From: Myxococcota bacterium
Lineage (GTDB): Bacteria > Myxococcota_A > UBA796 > UBA2385
DNA length: 64,000 nucleotides
Reading direction: 5' to 3'
Assembly: GCA_044344255.1 (NCBI GenBank)
Contig: JBIJDH010000002.1
Span: forward strand, 352,001 to 416,000
Part shown: in pieces, positions 33,832 to 42,771 of the stretch
Numbering within the stretch: the first letter of the stretch is position 1
Layout of the letters: each line of letters begins with the position of its first letter
Notes under the pieces: model-generated
What the model was told of the DNA's origin: nothing
The model's database searches: none
What the model saw: only the letters and a program-made list of their open reading frames with translations
Translations under genes and position numbers: made by a program

Positions 33832-35217
33832 GTGATGACCGGTAGCCAGCAACTTCGCGCTCCCGGCCGTCGTCCGACGGTTGGGCTCTGCATGATCGTC
33901 CGCGACGAAGCCGCCATGCTGCCGGGGCTCCTCGACAGCGTGCGCGGCGTGGTCGACCAGCTCGTGGTCGTCGACACGGGCAGCGTCGATCACACCCGGG
34001 TCATCGCCCGGGCGGCGGGGGCGGTGGTGGTCGACCACCCTTGGGACGGTCACTTCGCCGAGGCCCGGAACGCCGCCTTGCCCCACGTCCGCGCCGAGTG
34101 GATGCTGCTCCTCGACGCCGATGAGCGGCTCGCTCCCGGCGCGGGCGCCGCCTTGCACGCCGCCATCGCCGATGGGCAGTTTGACCTCGGGCTGCTCCCG
34201 CTGAGCAACGCCTCCCGCTTCGACGCCAGTCCCGCCGAGGTGCTCTCCGGCGCCGCCCGCCTCGGCGAGGTGTCGCATCTGCCGCGCCTCTTCCGGGTCG
34301 ACCCGACGCTGCGGTGGGAGGGGCGCATCCATGAGTCGCCCCTCTCCTGGGTGACCGGCAAGCGGATGGCCTTCGTCGATGCGCCGATCATCCACCTCGG
34401 ACGGGTGCAAGAGCTCGTACGGGAGCGAGAGAAGGGAAAACGAAACCTCAGCCTCTTGCTTCAGCGGGTGGGTGAGGAGCCCGATGAACCCGTGACCTAC
34501 GCCTACCTGGTCACCGATCTTTACGCCGCGGGGCAGCTCGATCAGGCTCGGCGATATGAAGAGCAGGGGTGGGAGGTGGTTACGCGCCACTGCGCGGATC
34601 CCGGCAACCGTCGGCCGCCGCGTATCGTGCCCCTCGCCGGCGTCCGAGCCCAGCGGCAGCTCGGGGACAGGGACTTCAAGGGCGCCGCCGAGACCCTCGC
34701 CACGGGGCGCCGATACGGCGGTGAGCACCCGAATTTCGATTGGATTGAGGGCTGCCTCGTCTTGGCCCAACACAAAGAGGGTCAGCCGGCCGATCTCGAG
34801 CGCGGGGTCCGCCTGCTTCAGGGCACGCTGGCATCGAAGGGGGCGGTCTTCGGCGACACGCTCTACAGCGGCATCTTTGGGGTGGCGACAGAGCTGCCGC
34901 TCGCGCAGCTCCTCTTCCTTCACGGCGAGGTGGGAGAGGCCTTACAGCGCTTCGATCGGCTGCTCGCCGCCGGACAGGGTGGGGTGGAGGCCCGCCTCGG
35001 GAGGGTCGACTGCTTGATCGCGATGGGCCGCCTCCATGAGGCTCGCGCCGCCCTTCAGCCGCTGGCCCAGGTCTTGGAGCGCTCGAGCACCGACCTGCGC
35101 GACGTCGCGGCCCTGCGCGCGCGGATCGACGGCGGCCTCGGGCTCGACCCTGGCCCGGCCCTCGCCGCGGCCACCTCCCCCGGCGGCCGCTGGCTCGGCC
35201 CCCACCGACGGCTCTGA
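33832..35217 (+). CDS. glycosyltransferase family 2 with TPR-like C-terminus
   Basis: LCMIVRDE, VVVDTGSVD, FAEARN, LDADE, WEGRIHE, IIHLG. Confidence 0.9.
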   Translation: MMTGSQQLRAPGRRPTVGLCMIVRDEAAMLPGLLDSVRGVVDQLVVVDTGSVDHTRVIARAAGAVVVDHPWDGHFAEARNAALPHVRAEWMLLLDADERLAPGAGAALHAAIADGQFDLGLLPLSNASRFDASPAEVLSGAARLGEVSHLPRLFRVDPTLRWEGRIHESPLSWVTGKRMAFVDAPIIHLGRVQELVREREKGKRNLSLLLQRVGEEPDEPVTYAYLVTDLYAAGQLDQARRYEEQGWEVVTRHCADPGNRRPPRIVPLAGVRAQRQLGDRDFKGAAETLATGRRYGGEHPNFDWIEGCLVLAQHKEGQPADLERGVRLLQGTLASKGAVFGDTLYSGIFGVATELPLAQLLFLHGEVGEALQRFDRLLAAGQGGVEARLGRVDCLIAMGRLHEARAALQPLAQVLERSSTDLRDVAALRARIDGGLGLDPGPALAAATSPGGRWLGPHRRL

Positions 35218-35230
35218 GCGGCCCCCTCGC

Positions 35231-36928
35231 TCAGAAGGCGCTGCGCGGATCGGCGGCGAACACCTTGAAGAGCCCCGGGGCGTCCACCTCGTAGGGCGCG
35301 GCGCCGAGCACGGCCATGCCGCCCTCGATGGGGAGGGTGCTGCCCTCGGCGGGCACGAGCGCGCCGTTGAGCAGCACGCCCAGCCGGAAGGTCACCGTGC
35401 CCTCCGGCGCGCCGACGAGGCGGAGGAGCGTCCGGTCCTGCACGATTCGACCGACGGGCCACCGGGGCCCAGGGAGCATCCAGTCACCGGGGATGTGGTC
35501 GTCGATCTCTCCGGTCGAGCGCCCGGCCGTGTCGATGCGGATCATCAGCCCCTCGGGCAGCGCCTGATCGGCGACGAAGTAGGCGCGGATCAGGTTGCCG
35601 GCCTTGGGGATACGCAGCCTGTGGAGGGTGAGCTCGTGCCCGACGAGGCGGAGGCCGAGCGAGGGCCAGCGCAGGTCGGCGGCGGTCGCGGTGGCTGGCA
35701 GGGCGTCCAACAACGTCTCGTCGGGGGCGAGGCGAAGCGCGGGAGGCAGCGGGCGCTCGGGAGGGTCCGTGACCCTCTCCGGCCCGCTGGCGCCCCCAGG
35801 ATCGCAGCGCAGCGAGCCGACGCCCCCCTGAACCTCTACGGTGGTGTCGAGGGCGGCGCTGCGGGTCTGCCAATTGCCGAGGATGACCTTGCTCCACTTC
35901 GTGTCGGCGAGGGAGGTCTCGTTGGTGCGCAAGAAGATGGGCCGCACTTCGAGGCCGGTGACGCCCGCGCGGGTGAAGCGCAGATCATAGATCAGCCCCT
36001 GGTGCGCTTCATCGTCGCCGCCGTAGTCCATGGCGAGGTCGCCGGCGTCGTAAGCGATGGGCCGGCCCTGATAGAGCTCCACGCCCTGCGGGAAGTGGGA
36101 AGAGTGGCCGAGGATGGCGTCGTAGCCGCCGTCGATGAGTGCGTGCGCGATAGACCGGGTGAGCTCGGTCGGCGCGGTCTTGAAATTCTCGCCCCAATGC
36201 GGGGAGAGGATCACCACCTGGGCGTGCGCGCGGGCCTCGGCCTCCACGGCGAGCAGGGCTTGGACCACTTCGTCCTTTCTCGACGCAGCCATCCCTTCGA
36301 GGTGGAAGATCCCGGGGCGGTCGCGGGTGGCGCTGTGCCCCTTGGCGAGGGTGAGCTCTGCCCCGACGATGGCCACCACGACATCGCCGACCCGCCGATA
36401 GGCCGGACGACGCGCGTCGGCGGCGTCGAGGCCGGCGCCCGCGTAGTCGATGCCGGCGAGGCGGAGGCGGTCGGTCATCTCCCGGAGCGCCCAGGGGCCG
36501 TAGTCGCCCGCGTGGTTATTCCCGAGGGTGACGACGTCGACGCCCGCTCGGGTGAGCACGTCGATGGCGGCGGGGGCGGCGTGGTGCTGATGTGGGCGGG
36601 GCTCACCCTTGTCCCAAGGGCTGCCGCCCAGCGAGATGACCCCCTCCGCGTTGACGAGCGCGATGTCCGCGGCCTCGAAGAGCGGGGCCACGTCCGCGAG
36701 CACCCGCGCGGCGGCGACCTCGTCCCAGAGGGCGAGGTTCATGCGGCGGCCGAGCATGAGATCTCCCGCCATGACGAGGTGGTGCTCGGGCAATGGCTCC
36801 GCGGCGCAGGCCGTGAGGGCGAGGCTGAGCGCGGCGCCGCGCCCGATCGAGGCGGGTCGCTGGCGGTGGCGCGCCGAGGACGGAGCGGGGCCGGGTGCAG
36901 GTGTGGGGGGTGGCCGGTTGGAGCGCAT
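35231..36928 (-). CDS. CapA family (calcineurin-like metallophosphoesterase) lipoprotein with C-terminal Ig-like extension
   Basis: AGDLMLGR, NAEG, LGNNHAGDYG, PHWGEN, GHSSH, AYDAGD; lipobox LTAC; start uncertain. Confidence 0.85.
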   Translation of the reverse strand: MRSNRPPPTPAPGPAPSSARHRQRPASIGRGAALSLALTACAAEPLPEHHLVMAGDLMLGRRMNLALWDEVAAARVLADVAPLFEAADIALVNAEGVISLGGSPWDKGEPRPHQHHAAPAAIDVLTRAGVDVVTLGNNHAGDYGPWALREMTDRLRLAGIDYAGAGLDAADARRPAYRRVGDVVVAIVGAELTLAKGHSATRDRPGIFHLEGMAASRKDEVVQALLAVEAEARAHAQVVILSPHWGENFKTAPTELTRSIAHALIDGGYDAILGHSSHFPQGVELYQGRPIAYDAGDLAMDYGGDDEAHQGLIYDLRFTRAGVTGLEVRPIFLRTNETSLADTKWSKVILGNWQTRSAALDTTVEVQGGVGSLRCDPGGASGPERVTDPPERPLPPALRLAPDETLLDALPATATAADLRWPSLGLRLVGHELTLHRLRIPKAGNLIRAYFVADQALPEGLMIRIDTAGRSTGEIDDHIPGDWMLPGPRWPVGRIVQDRTLLRLVGAPEGTVTFRLGVLLNGALVPAEGSTLPIEGGMAVLGAAPYEVDAPGLFKVFAADPRSAF

Positions 36929-37002
36929 CGGGGCCTCGCGCTCCCATTAGCCCCTCGGCCGGCCCCTGTCCCAAGGGGGCGCGGCGCGCTACGGTCGGCA
37001 GG

Positions 37003-37572
37003 ATGCGTGAGAAGCTGCCCCTCGTCCTCTCCCTGTGCGTCGGCGCCTTGCTCGCCTACTTCCTCCTCTCTCCCTCCGATGACGCTCCGCGGGTCGAAGA
37101 GGGCTCCGAGGCGGCCGATGGCCGGCAGGCGGGTGCGTCACCGGTCACTCCACCGCGGCCTGAGCGTGCCGAGGTCGCCAACGCGGCCCCCGCGGAGGTC
37201 TCCGGGCCCGACGTGAGCCCGGTGGTGGCGGCGGCGCTTGACGCCATGCAGCCCGTCGCCTGGGAGCCCACCCATGACGGCATCGACAGCGGGATGGGCG
37301 ACCTCCAGCCCGCGATCGACCTCTGCTTCGCCGCGTGGAGGGCCGAGGAACCGGACGCCAACGGAGAGATCTCGCTCCGACTCCGCGCCACCGGTCGGGG
37401 AGACGGCTCGGGAGAGGGCCGCCTCGAGCTGCTGGAGCTGCGCGCGTCCGGGGCCGTGAGCCCGACCTTCGGGCGCTGCCTGGAGCAGTCCCTCTCGGTC
37501 GTCCGGCTCGCCGGCCCGCCCGAGGGCGGCGACATGGACTTCGACTATCCGATGAACCTCGGCCCCCGATGA
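37003..37572 (+). CDS. AgmX/PglI C-terminal (TonB_C-like) domain protein
   Basis: N-terminal TM, Pro-rich linker, IDLCF...GEISLRL...CL......L..P..G....YP. Confidence 0.7.
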   Translation: MREKLPLVLSLCVGALLAYFLLSPSDDAPRVEEGSEAADGRQAGASPVTPPRPERAEVANAAPAEVSGPDVSPVVAAALDAMQPVAWEPTHDGIDSGMGDLQPAIDLCFAAWRAEEPDANGEISLRLRATGRGDGSGEGRLELLELRASGAVSPTFGRCLEQSLSVVRLAGPPEGGDMDFDYPMNLGPR

Positions 37573-37585
37573 GCCGCGCGGCTCA
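37570..37585. repeat. perfect 16-bp palindrome spanning both stop codons of convergent genes
   Basis: TGAGCCGCGCGGCTCA is its own reverse complement. Confidence 0.85.
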
Positions 37586-38986
37586 GCGCCCGGGCCGCGA
37601 GGGAAAGACGCCCCGCTCCCAGTCGGGGGAGAGGGTGGACGACAAAGGTAGGGTCATCGGTGGATAGGCCGGGTGGGTTCGGACGAGCAAGAGCCAGGTG
37701 AGGACAACCACCCCATACAGGAGGGTGAGGGCCCGCCGGCTCGGCTGGCGCCGCTCGAGCTCCCTCGCTGCGGCCGCGATCAGCAGCAGCCAGGTCCCTT
37801 CGAAGAAGACCTCCGGCTTGGCCATCCGCCAGAAGCCTGGAACGACAGCGTGGATCGCGAAATAAAGTGGGTTCTTGACCGGGCCGCCCTCCCCGCCTGG
37901 GAGCAAGACCGGGCCGATCGAGATCCCAAAGAGCAGGAGGCCGGCGAGGAGGGCGAAGCGGCCGAGGGGCCACCGCCGCGCCGTCCAAAGGCCAACCAGG
38001 CCGAGCCCGCAGGTGATCGGATCGAGGGCTCGATAGAGCTCGAGGCGGTTCCAGCGTAAGGGCAACAGCGTGAAGCCGTCGAGGGCAGCGCGCTCCCAGA
38101 GGAATTGTTCTGGGGTCGCGAAGCTCGGCCCGCCGCGAAAGAGGGCGAATTGCCAGAAGGCGAGCGGCAGGCCGACGAGCGTGCACAGGGCCGAGGCCTG
38201 GGCGAGGCGAGTGAGGCCCGGCGTGAGGCGCCGCGCTCCCAGGGCGTCGGCCAGCGCGCCCAGTCCGGCCAGCACGCCGAGCGAGGCGGCGACCAAGCCG
38301 AGGTAGAGGTTCATCCAGGCGGTCAGCCCGAAGATCAGCGCCGTCCAGGCCGGCCAGGCGCCCCCTCGGCCCCAGGCTCGGTGGAGCGCCCACAGGTAAA
38401 GCGCCAGCCAGAACACGGCCGCCTTCTCGATCGTGTACCAGTTCAGGTCCCGAAAGACGTGGAGGCCGAGCCCAAAGCCGAAGGAGACTACGAGCGCGCT
38501 CCGATCTCCGCCTCCCGTGTCTCGACAGAGCAGCCAGGCCGCGAACCAGCCGAGGGCAGGATAGAGCAGGGCTTGCGCGTTGAAGGCGCCGAGCGGCGTG
38601 GTGAAGAGGTCGAAGAGGGCGGTCACCCAGAGGTGGCCGACGTGGACACCGATGAGGCGGGCGGCGGGGTCAGCCGGAGACTGGAGCGGGTGGAGCAGCA
38701 TCCGGACGTGCACTCCGTCCAGATAGAAGAGCAGGCTCCCTTCTTTGTCCACGGTGGGGAAGCTGCCGAAGACCGCGTCACCGAGGTGCGCCGCGAGGGG
38801 CGTGGTGAGCATCACGGTCTGGCCGAGGATGAACAGGGCGGCCCGCAGCGCCGTGGGCGGCCTGCGCCAGGCGGCCAGCGCCGTGATCAGGAGGCCCGCG
38901 ATGACGCAGGTGAGCCACGCCGCCGGGCTCTCGGCCAGCCCCACCGGGGCGAAGAGCTGCCGCGGGTCGGGCGGAGGTCCTATCAT
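37583..38986 (-). CDS. polytopic membrane protein, GT-C-like glycosyltransferase candidate
   Basis: About 11-13 hydrophobic segments; acidic residue in the first loop (TVDKEG); P.F.RM..P motif near the C-terminus. Confidence 0.6.
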   Translation of the reverse strand: MIGPPPDPRQLFAPVGLAESPAAWLTCVIAGLLITALAAWRRPPTALRAALFILGQTVMLTTPLAAHLGDAVFGSFPTVDKEGSLLFYLDGVHVRMLLHPLQSPADPAARLIGVHVGHLWVTALFDLFTTPLGAFNAQALLYPALGWFAAWLLCRDTGGGDRSALVVSFGFGLGLHVFRDLNWYTIEKAAVFWLALYLWALHRAWGRGGAWPAWTALIFGLTAWMNLYLGLVAASLGVLAGLGALADALGARRLTPGLTRLAQASALCTLVGLPLAFWQFALFRGGPSFATPEQFLWERAALDGFTLLPLRWNRLELYRALDPITCGLGLVGLWTARRWPLGRFALLAGLLLFGISIGPVLLPGGEGGPVKNPLYFAIHAVVPGFWRMAKPEVFFEGTWLLLIAAAARELERRQPSRRALTLLYGVVVLTWLLLVRTHPAYPPMTLPLSSTLSPDWERGVFPSRPGR

Positions 38987-39028
38987 GGCGCCCTGTTATC
39001 GCGGCCGCTCAGGGTTATCTCCCCGCCG

Positions 39029-40144
39029 ATGAGCCGCTCACCGATGACCGACGCTGCCGCCCCCCGCCCGACAGACCGCCCGCTCACGGTCGCGCTGCTC
39101 GTCTGGTACGGCGAGCGGGCCCGGCGCCTGCCCTGGCGAGGCCCGGAGGTGTCCGCCTGGGAGACGCTGCTGAGCGAATTCATGCTCCAGCAGACGCGGG
39201 TGGACACCGTCCTCCCCTATTTTCACCGCTTCGTGCAGCGCTTCCCGACGCCCGCCCACATGGCCGCCGCGCCCGACGATGAGGTGCTCGCCCTCTGGTC
39301 GGGGCTCGGGTACTACGCGCGGGCGAGAAACCTCAAGAAGACGGCGGGGATACTGGCCGAAGCGGGCGCATTCCCCACAGACGAAGCGGGGCTCCGAGCC
39401 TTGCCGGGGGTGGGTGAATACATGGCCGGAGCGATCGGCTCGATCGCCCTCGGCCTCGATCTCATCGCCATCGACGGCAACCTCGAGCGGGTCCTCTGTC
39501 GGGTCCACCGCCACCCAGGTGGGCGAAAGGAGGCCAAGGCCCTCGGCCTCTCGCTGCTCCCGCCGGGCCGCGCGGGGGCCTTCAACCAGGCCCTGATGGA
39601 CCTCGGCGCCACGATCTGCACGCCGCGCAGCCCCCGGTGCCGCGAGTGCCCGATCGCCTTCACCTGCGGGGCGGCCGAGGCCGGGGAGCCCGAGCGCTAC
39701 CCCTCTCCCAAGCCGAAGCGCGCGGTGCCGGAGCGGGCTGCGGTGTCGGCCTGCGTGCGGCGGGACGGGAGGGTCCTGGTCGGTCGGCGGCCGTCGGAGG
39801 GCCTGTTCGGCGGCCTCTACGAGATGCCGGGCGGTGAGCTCGATCCAGGGGAGGCGCCCGAAGCGGGCCTGATCCGTCGCCTCGAGCAGCGGCTCGGGGT
39901 GGGCGCGCGGGTGATCGGGCCGCTCGGCGCCGTGCCGCACGTGCTCACCCACATGCGCCTCACGCAGCACGTGCTGGCGGTGGAGCTGCTCGGCGAGCCC
40001 GCGCCCGTCGGGTACAGCGCCCTGGCCTGGATCGACCCCGCCGCCCCCGAAGCGGCGGGCATCGGCCTCTCCTCCCTCTCCCAGAAGGCGCTGGCGCTGA
40101 CGCACCCCCTGCAAGGTCCTCTGCAGCGCCCCTTGTTTGGATAG
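39029..40144 (+). CDS. mutY: A/G-specific adenine glycosylase MutY
   Basis: LPWR, SEFMLQQTRV, WSGLGYYARARNL, LPGVGEY, DGN..RV, NQALMDLGATICTPRSPRC..CPI...C, NUDIX-like C-terminus. Confidence 0.95.
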   Translation: MSRSPMTDAAAPRPTDRPLTVALLVWYGERARRLPWRGPEVSAWETLLSEFMLQQTRVDTVLPYFHRFVQRFPTPAHMAAAPDDEVLALWSGLGYYARARNLKKTAGILAEAGAFPTDEAGLRALPGVGEYMAGAIGSIALGLDLIAIDGNLERVLCRVHRHPGGRKEAKALGLSLLPPGRAGAFNQALMDLGATICTPRSPRCRECPIAFTCGAAEAGEPERYPSPKPKRAVPERAAVSACVRRDGRVLVGRRPSEGLFGGLYEMPGGELDPGEAPEAGLIRRLEQRLGVGARVIGPLGAVPHVLTHMRLTQHVLAVELLGEPAPVGYSALAWIDPAAPEAAGIGLSSLSQKALALTHPLQGPLQRPLFG

Positions 40145-40195
40145 ACCTCGGCGCTGAATGACCGGCACGGGGCCCCGTCCCTGCCAGAGCGACCT

Positions 40196-40240
40196 GCCCC
40201 GCCCCGCCCCGCCCCGCCCCGCCCCGCCTTGCCCCGCCTC
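40196..40240. repeat. (GCCCC)x6 plus degenerate units; G-quadruplex-compatible on the minus strand
   Basis: Read directly, just upstream of ATG 40263. Confidence 0.9.
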
Positions 40241-40262
40241 GCGCCCGCTTGGAGCCCGCCCC

Positions 40263-41378
40263 ATGGAATCGAAGAAGATCCTCCGTATCGCTGTCGCCGC
40301 GCTCCTCCTCGGGGGAGGGGGCGCGATGCTGGCCTCCGGCGCGGCGGGCACGCTCTGGCTGGCGGCCCGCGGGATCCTGCCCCCGCTCTCGGCCCTCGCC
40401 GACGATCCGGCGGCCTGGTGGGAAGAGGTAGGGACACGCTGGAACGCGGTTGACAGCGCGGTCGATGAAGACGCCCCGGCCGCGGTCGGGGACACCGGCG
40501 CCCCGCCGCCCGAGCCGCCGCCTGCGGCTGACGTGGCCGACGAGGAGCCCCCGGCCGAAGGAGACGCCGTCGCCGCCGCGGACGGGGGTGAGGCGGAGGA
40601 GGAAGTGGAGGAAGAGGAGGCAGAGGGGGAGACGGAGGTCGGCGCCGCCGGCCGTCCGGTGCGCCCCGAGTTTGGAATGGGCCCCCGCGGCCTGCGGAGC
40701 GGCTTCGGGCGGGTTGGGCCGGGCCCCGCGGGCGTCCGGGCCAGCCCCCAGGGGGTGGCCGCCGGGAGAGGGAGCGGGCAGGCCGCGGAGGGCGGCGCGT
40801 CCAGCGCGTCGGGTGCGCGTTCGAAGGACGGGCGGGGGCGGGCCGGCGGCGGAGCCTCGGGCGGCGGCGGCAGCGAGGACAGCGCCCGCGCGCCGGCCGC
40901 TCCGACCGGCGCCTCCGGCGCGGTGACCTCCGAAGAGGGCTCCGCTGCGGGCCAGTCCGCCGGGACCACCGGAGCGACCGAGTCTGCCCGATCCGGATCC
41001 GGCCGCGCCAGTAAGAGCAGCGGCGGCTCCTGCAACGTCGAAGGTGTCACGAAGATTGACAGCACCCACTATGTGCTCTCGCAGGCCTTCGTCGACAAGT
41101 ACATCGATGACACCGACAAGGCGGGTCAGCAGGGGGCCGCCAACTGGGCGGCCAACAAGAGCGGTGAGACCACCGGCGTCAAGCTGTCCCAGCTCCGCTG
41201 CGCCCCCCGGCAGGCCGGGCTCAAGAACGGTGACGTCGTCAAGACGGTGAACGGTCGTCCCATCACGAGCACGGTCAACGCCTGGGCCGCCTATCGCGAC
41301 GTCACCGGCGCCAAACACTTCACCGTCAACCTGAAGCGGAAGGGTCAGGCGATGAAGATCAACTACGACGTGCGCTGA
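40263..41378 (+). CDS. membrane-anchored protein with long low-complexity linker and GspC-like PDZ domain
   Basis: N-terminal TM; acidic then Gly/Ser-rich linker; GVKLSQL.....AGLKNGDVVKTVNG...V.L.RKGQ...INYDVR as in GspC PDZ. Confidence 0.7.
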   Translation: MESKKILRIAVAALLLGGGGAMLASGAAGTLWLAARGILPPLSALADDPAAWWEEVGTRWNAVDSAVDEDAPAAVGDTGAPPPEPPPAADVADEEPPAEGDAVAAADGGEAEEEVEEEEAEGETEVGAAGRPVRPEFGMGPRGLRSGFGRVGPGPAGVRASPQGVAAGRGSGQAAEGGASSASGARSKDGRGRAGGGASGGGGSEDSARAPAAPTGASGAVTSEEGSAAGQSAGTTGATESARSGSGRASKSSGGSCNVEGVTKIDSTHYVLSQAFVDKYIDDTDKAGQQGAANWAANKSGETTGVKLSQLRCAPRQAGLKNGDVVKTVNGRPITSTVNAWAAYRDVTGAKHFTVNLKRKGQAMKINYDVR

Positions 41379-42109
41379 GCCGGGGCGCCGCCGCTCGGAG
41401 AGGGTTCGGGGCCGAGGTGGAGTCGAAGGGTGGCCTCGCAGGCGAGCAGGGCCGCCCCATCGCGGCTGTCGAGGGTGATGGTGACCGTCCAGGGGCGCGT
41501 GTCGAACTGAGGGTAGCTCCCGATGCTCACGCTCGGCCACCGCGCCTGGGCCTCGGTCAAGTGATGGGCGATCTCGGTCTCAGAGGCGAGGGTGACGATT
41601 CGGCGCGCGCCCATCGGTACGCCGCTGTACCGCCAGGCGACGGCGTCAAACTTCCTGCGAAACAGCGAAGGCACGCCGGGGAGGATGCAGACGTTCCGCA
41701 TCATCACCTGCGGAAAGAAGATGTCGCCATCCCACCAGAGCTCCGCGCCGGTCGGGATCCTGGCCATTTGCCGGGCGGCGTCGTTGTAGTGCTCCCCCAT
41801 CTTGGCGGCGAGCACCCGGTCAAGGTCAGGGTGGGTCTGGAGGGGGACACCGAAGGCCAGGGCCACCCCCTCCATCGTCTTGTCGTCGTGCGTGGGGCCG
41901 ACCCCGCCGCTCGTGAAGGCGTGGTCGGCCAGCGCGCTGGCCTCGGCCACCGCGGCGGCGATGACGGACAGCTCGTCGGGGATCGTGGTGATGCGGAGGA
42001 GGTCGATGCCGATCTCGCGGAGGCGCAGGGCCAACCAGGGCGAGTTCTCGTCTCGGACCTTCCCGCGGAGGACCTCGTCTCCGATCACGACCAGGGCTGC
42101 GGTGGGCAT
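41363..42109 (-). CDS. CinA-like molybdopterin-binding protein (FAD pyrophosphatase-like)
   Basis: IGDEVLRGKVRDEN, TSGGVGPTHDDKT, LPGVP, IGSYP. Confidence 0.88.
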   Translation of the reverse strand: MPTAALVVIGDEVLRGKVRDENSPWLALRLREIGIDLLRITTIPDELSVIAAAVAEASALADHAFTSGGVGPTHDDKTMEGVALAFGVPLQTHPDLDRVLAAKMGEHYNDAARQMARIPTGAELWWDGDIFFPQVMMRNVCILPGVPSLFRRKFDAVAWRYSGVPMGARRIVTLASETEIAHHLTEAQARWPSVSIGSYPQFDTRPWTVTITLDSRDGAALLACEATLRLHLGPEPSPSGGAPAQRTS

Positions 42110-42160
42110 GTCGCAGCATAGCAGGGCCCGAGGGGCTTCACCCCCCGCGCCGGGCGCGAC

Positions 42161-42769
42161 CTACAGGAAGCGCTCGATGCTGCGCTGAAATTCGATGCGG
42201 TCTGCGAGATCGGAGAGGTAGTCCTTCCGCTCCGACTCCCAGACCAGCACCGGCGATTGGTCGTAGCCGGCGATCCACTCCTCGTAGAGCTCGTTCAGCC
42301 GTCGGAGGTAGGGGACGGGGATGGCCTGCTCGCTCGGCCGCCCGCGCGCCTTGATCCGCCGCCGGATGGCCTGAACAGAGCACCGGAGGTAGATCATCAG
42401 ATCTGGCGGCTGCAAGGCCTGGCGCATGGTGCGGTAGAGCTCCATGTAGGTCTGGTAGTCGCGGTCCTTGATCGACTTGTTCCGGTGCAGGTTGGTGCAG
42501 AAGATCTCGGCGTCTTCGTAGATGGTGCGGTCCTGCACGACCGTGCCCTGGGCGGCGTTGAGCTCCATGTGCAGCCGGAACTTGTGGGTCAGGAAGTAGA
42601 CCTGACTGTGCCAGGCCCAGGCGCCCATGTCCTTGTAGAAGTCGTCGAGGTACGGGTTGTCCATGAACGGTTCATAGACAGGCTCGAAGCCGTATCGATT
42701 GTGCAGAAATCGCACCATAGAGGTCTTGCCGACCCCCATGTTGCCGGCCACCGCGATGAACTTGCGCAT
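42161..42769 (-). CDS. deoxynucleoside kinase
   Basis: AGNMGVGKTS, EP...NPYL..FY, QDRTIYED, PDLMIYL, RGRPSE. Confidence 0.93.
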   Translation of the reverse strand: MRKFIAVAGNMGVGKTSMVRFLHNRYGFEPVYEPFMDNPYLDDFYKDMGAWAWHSQVYFLTHKFRLHMELNAAQGTVVQDRTIYEDAEIFCTNLHRNKSIKDRDYQTYMELYRTMRQALQPPDLMIYLRCSVQAIRRRIKARGRPSEQAIPVPYLRRLNELYEEWIAGYDQSPVLVWESERKDYLSDLADRIEFQRSIERFL

Positions 42770-42771
42770 GG

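Noticed and set aside
30853..34923. 1356-aa minus-strand ORF and other long antisense ORFs (e.g. 710-2305, 25250-27163, 42784-45219, 55511-57469, 60141-62771)
   Set aside because: They mirror well-supported genes on the opposite strand, lack motifs, and are expected shadows of high-GC codon usage.
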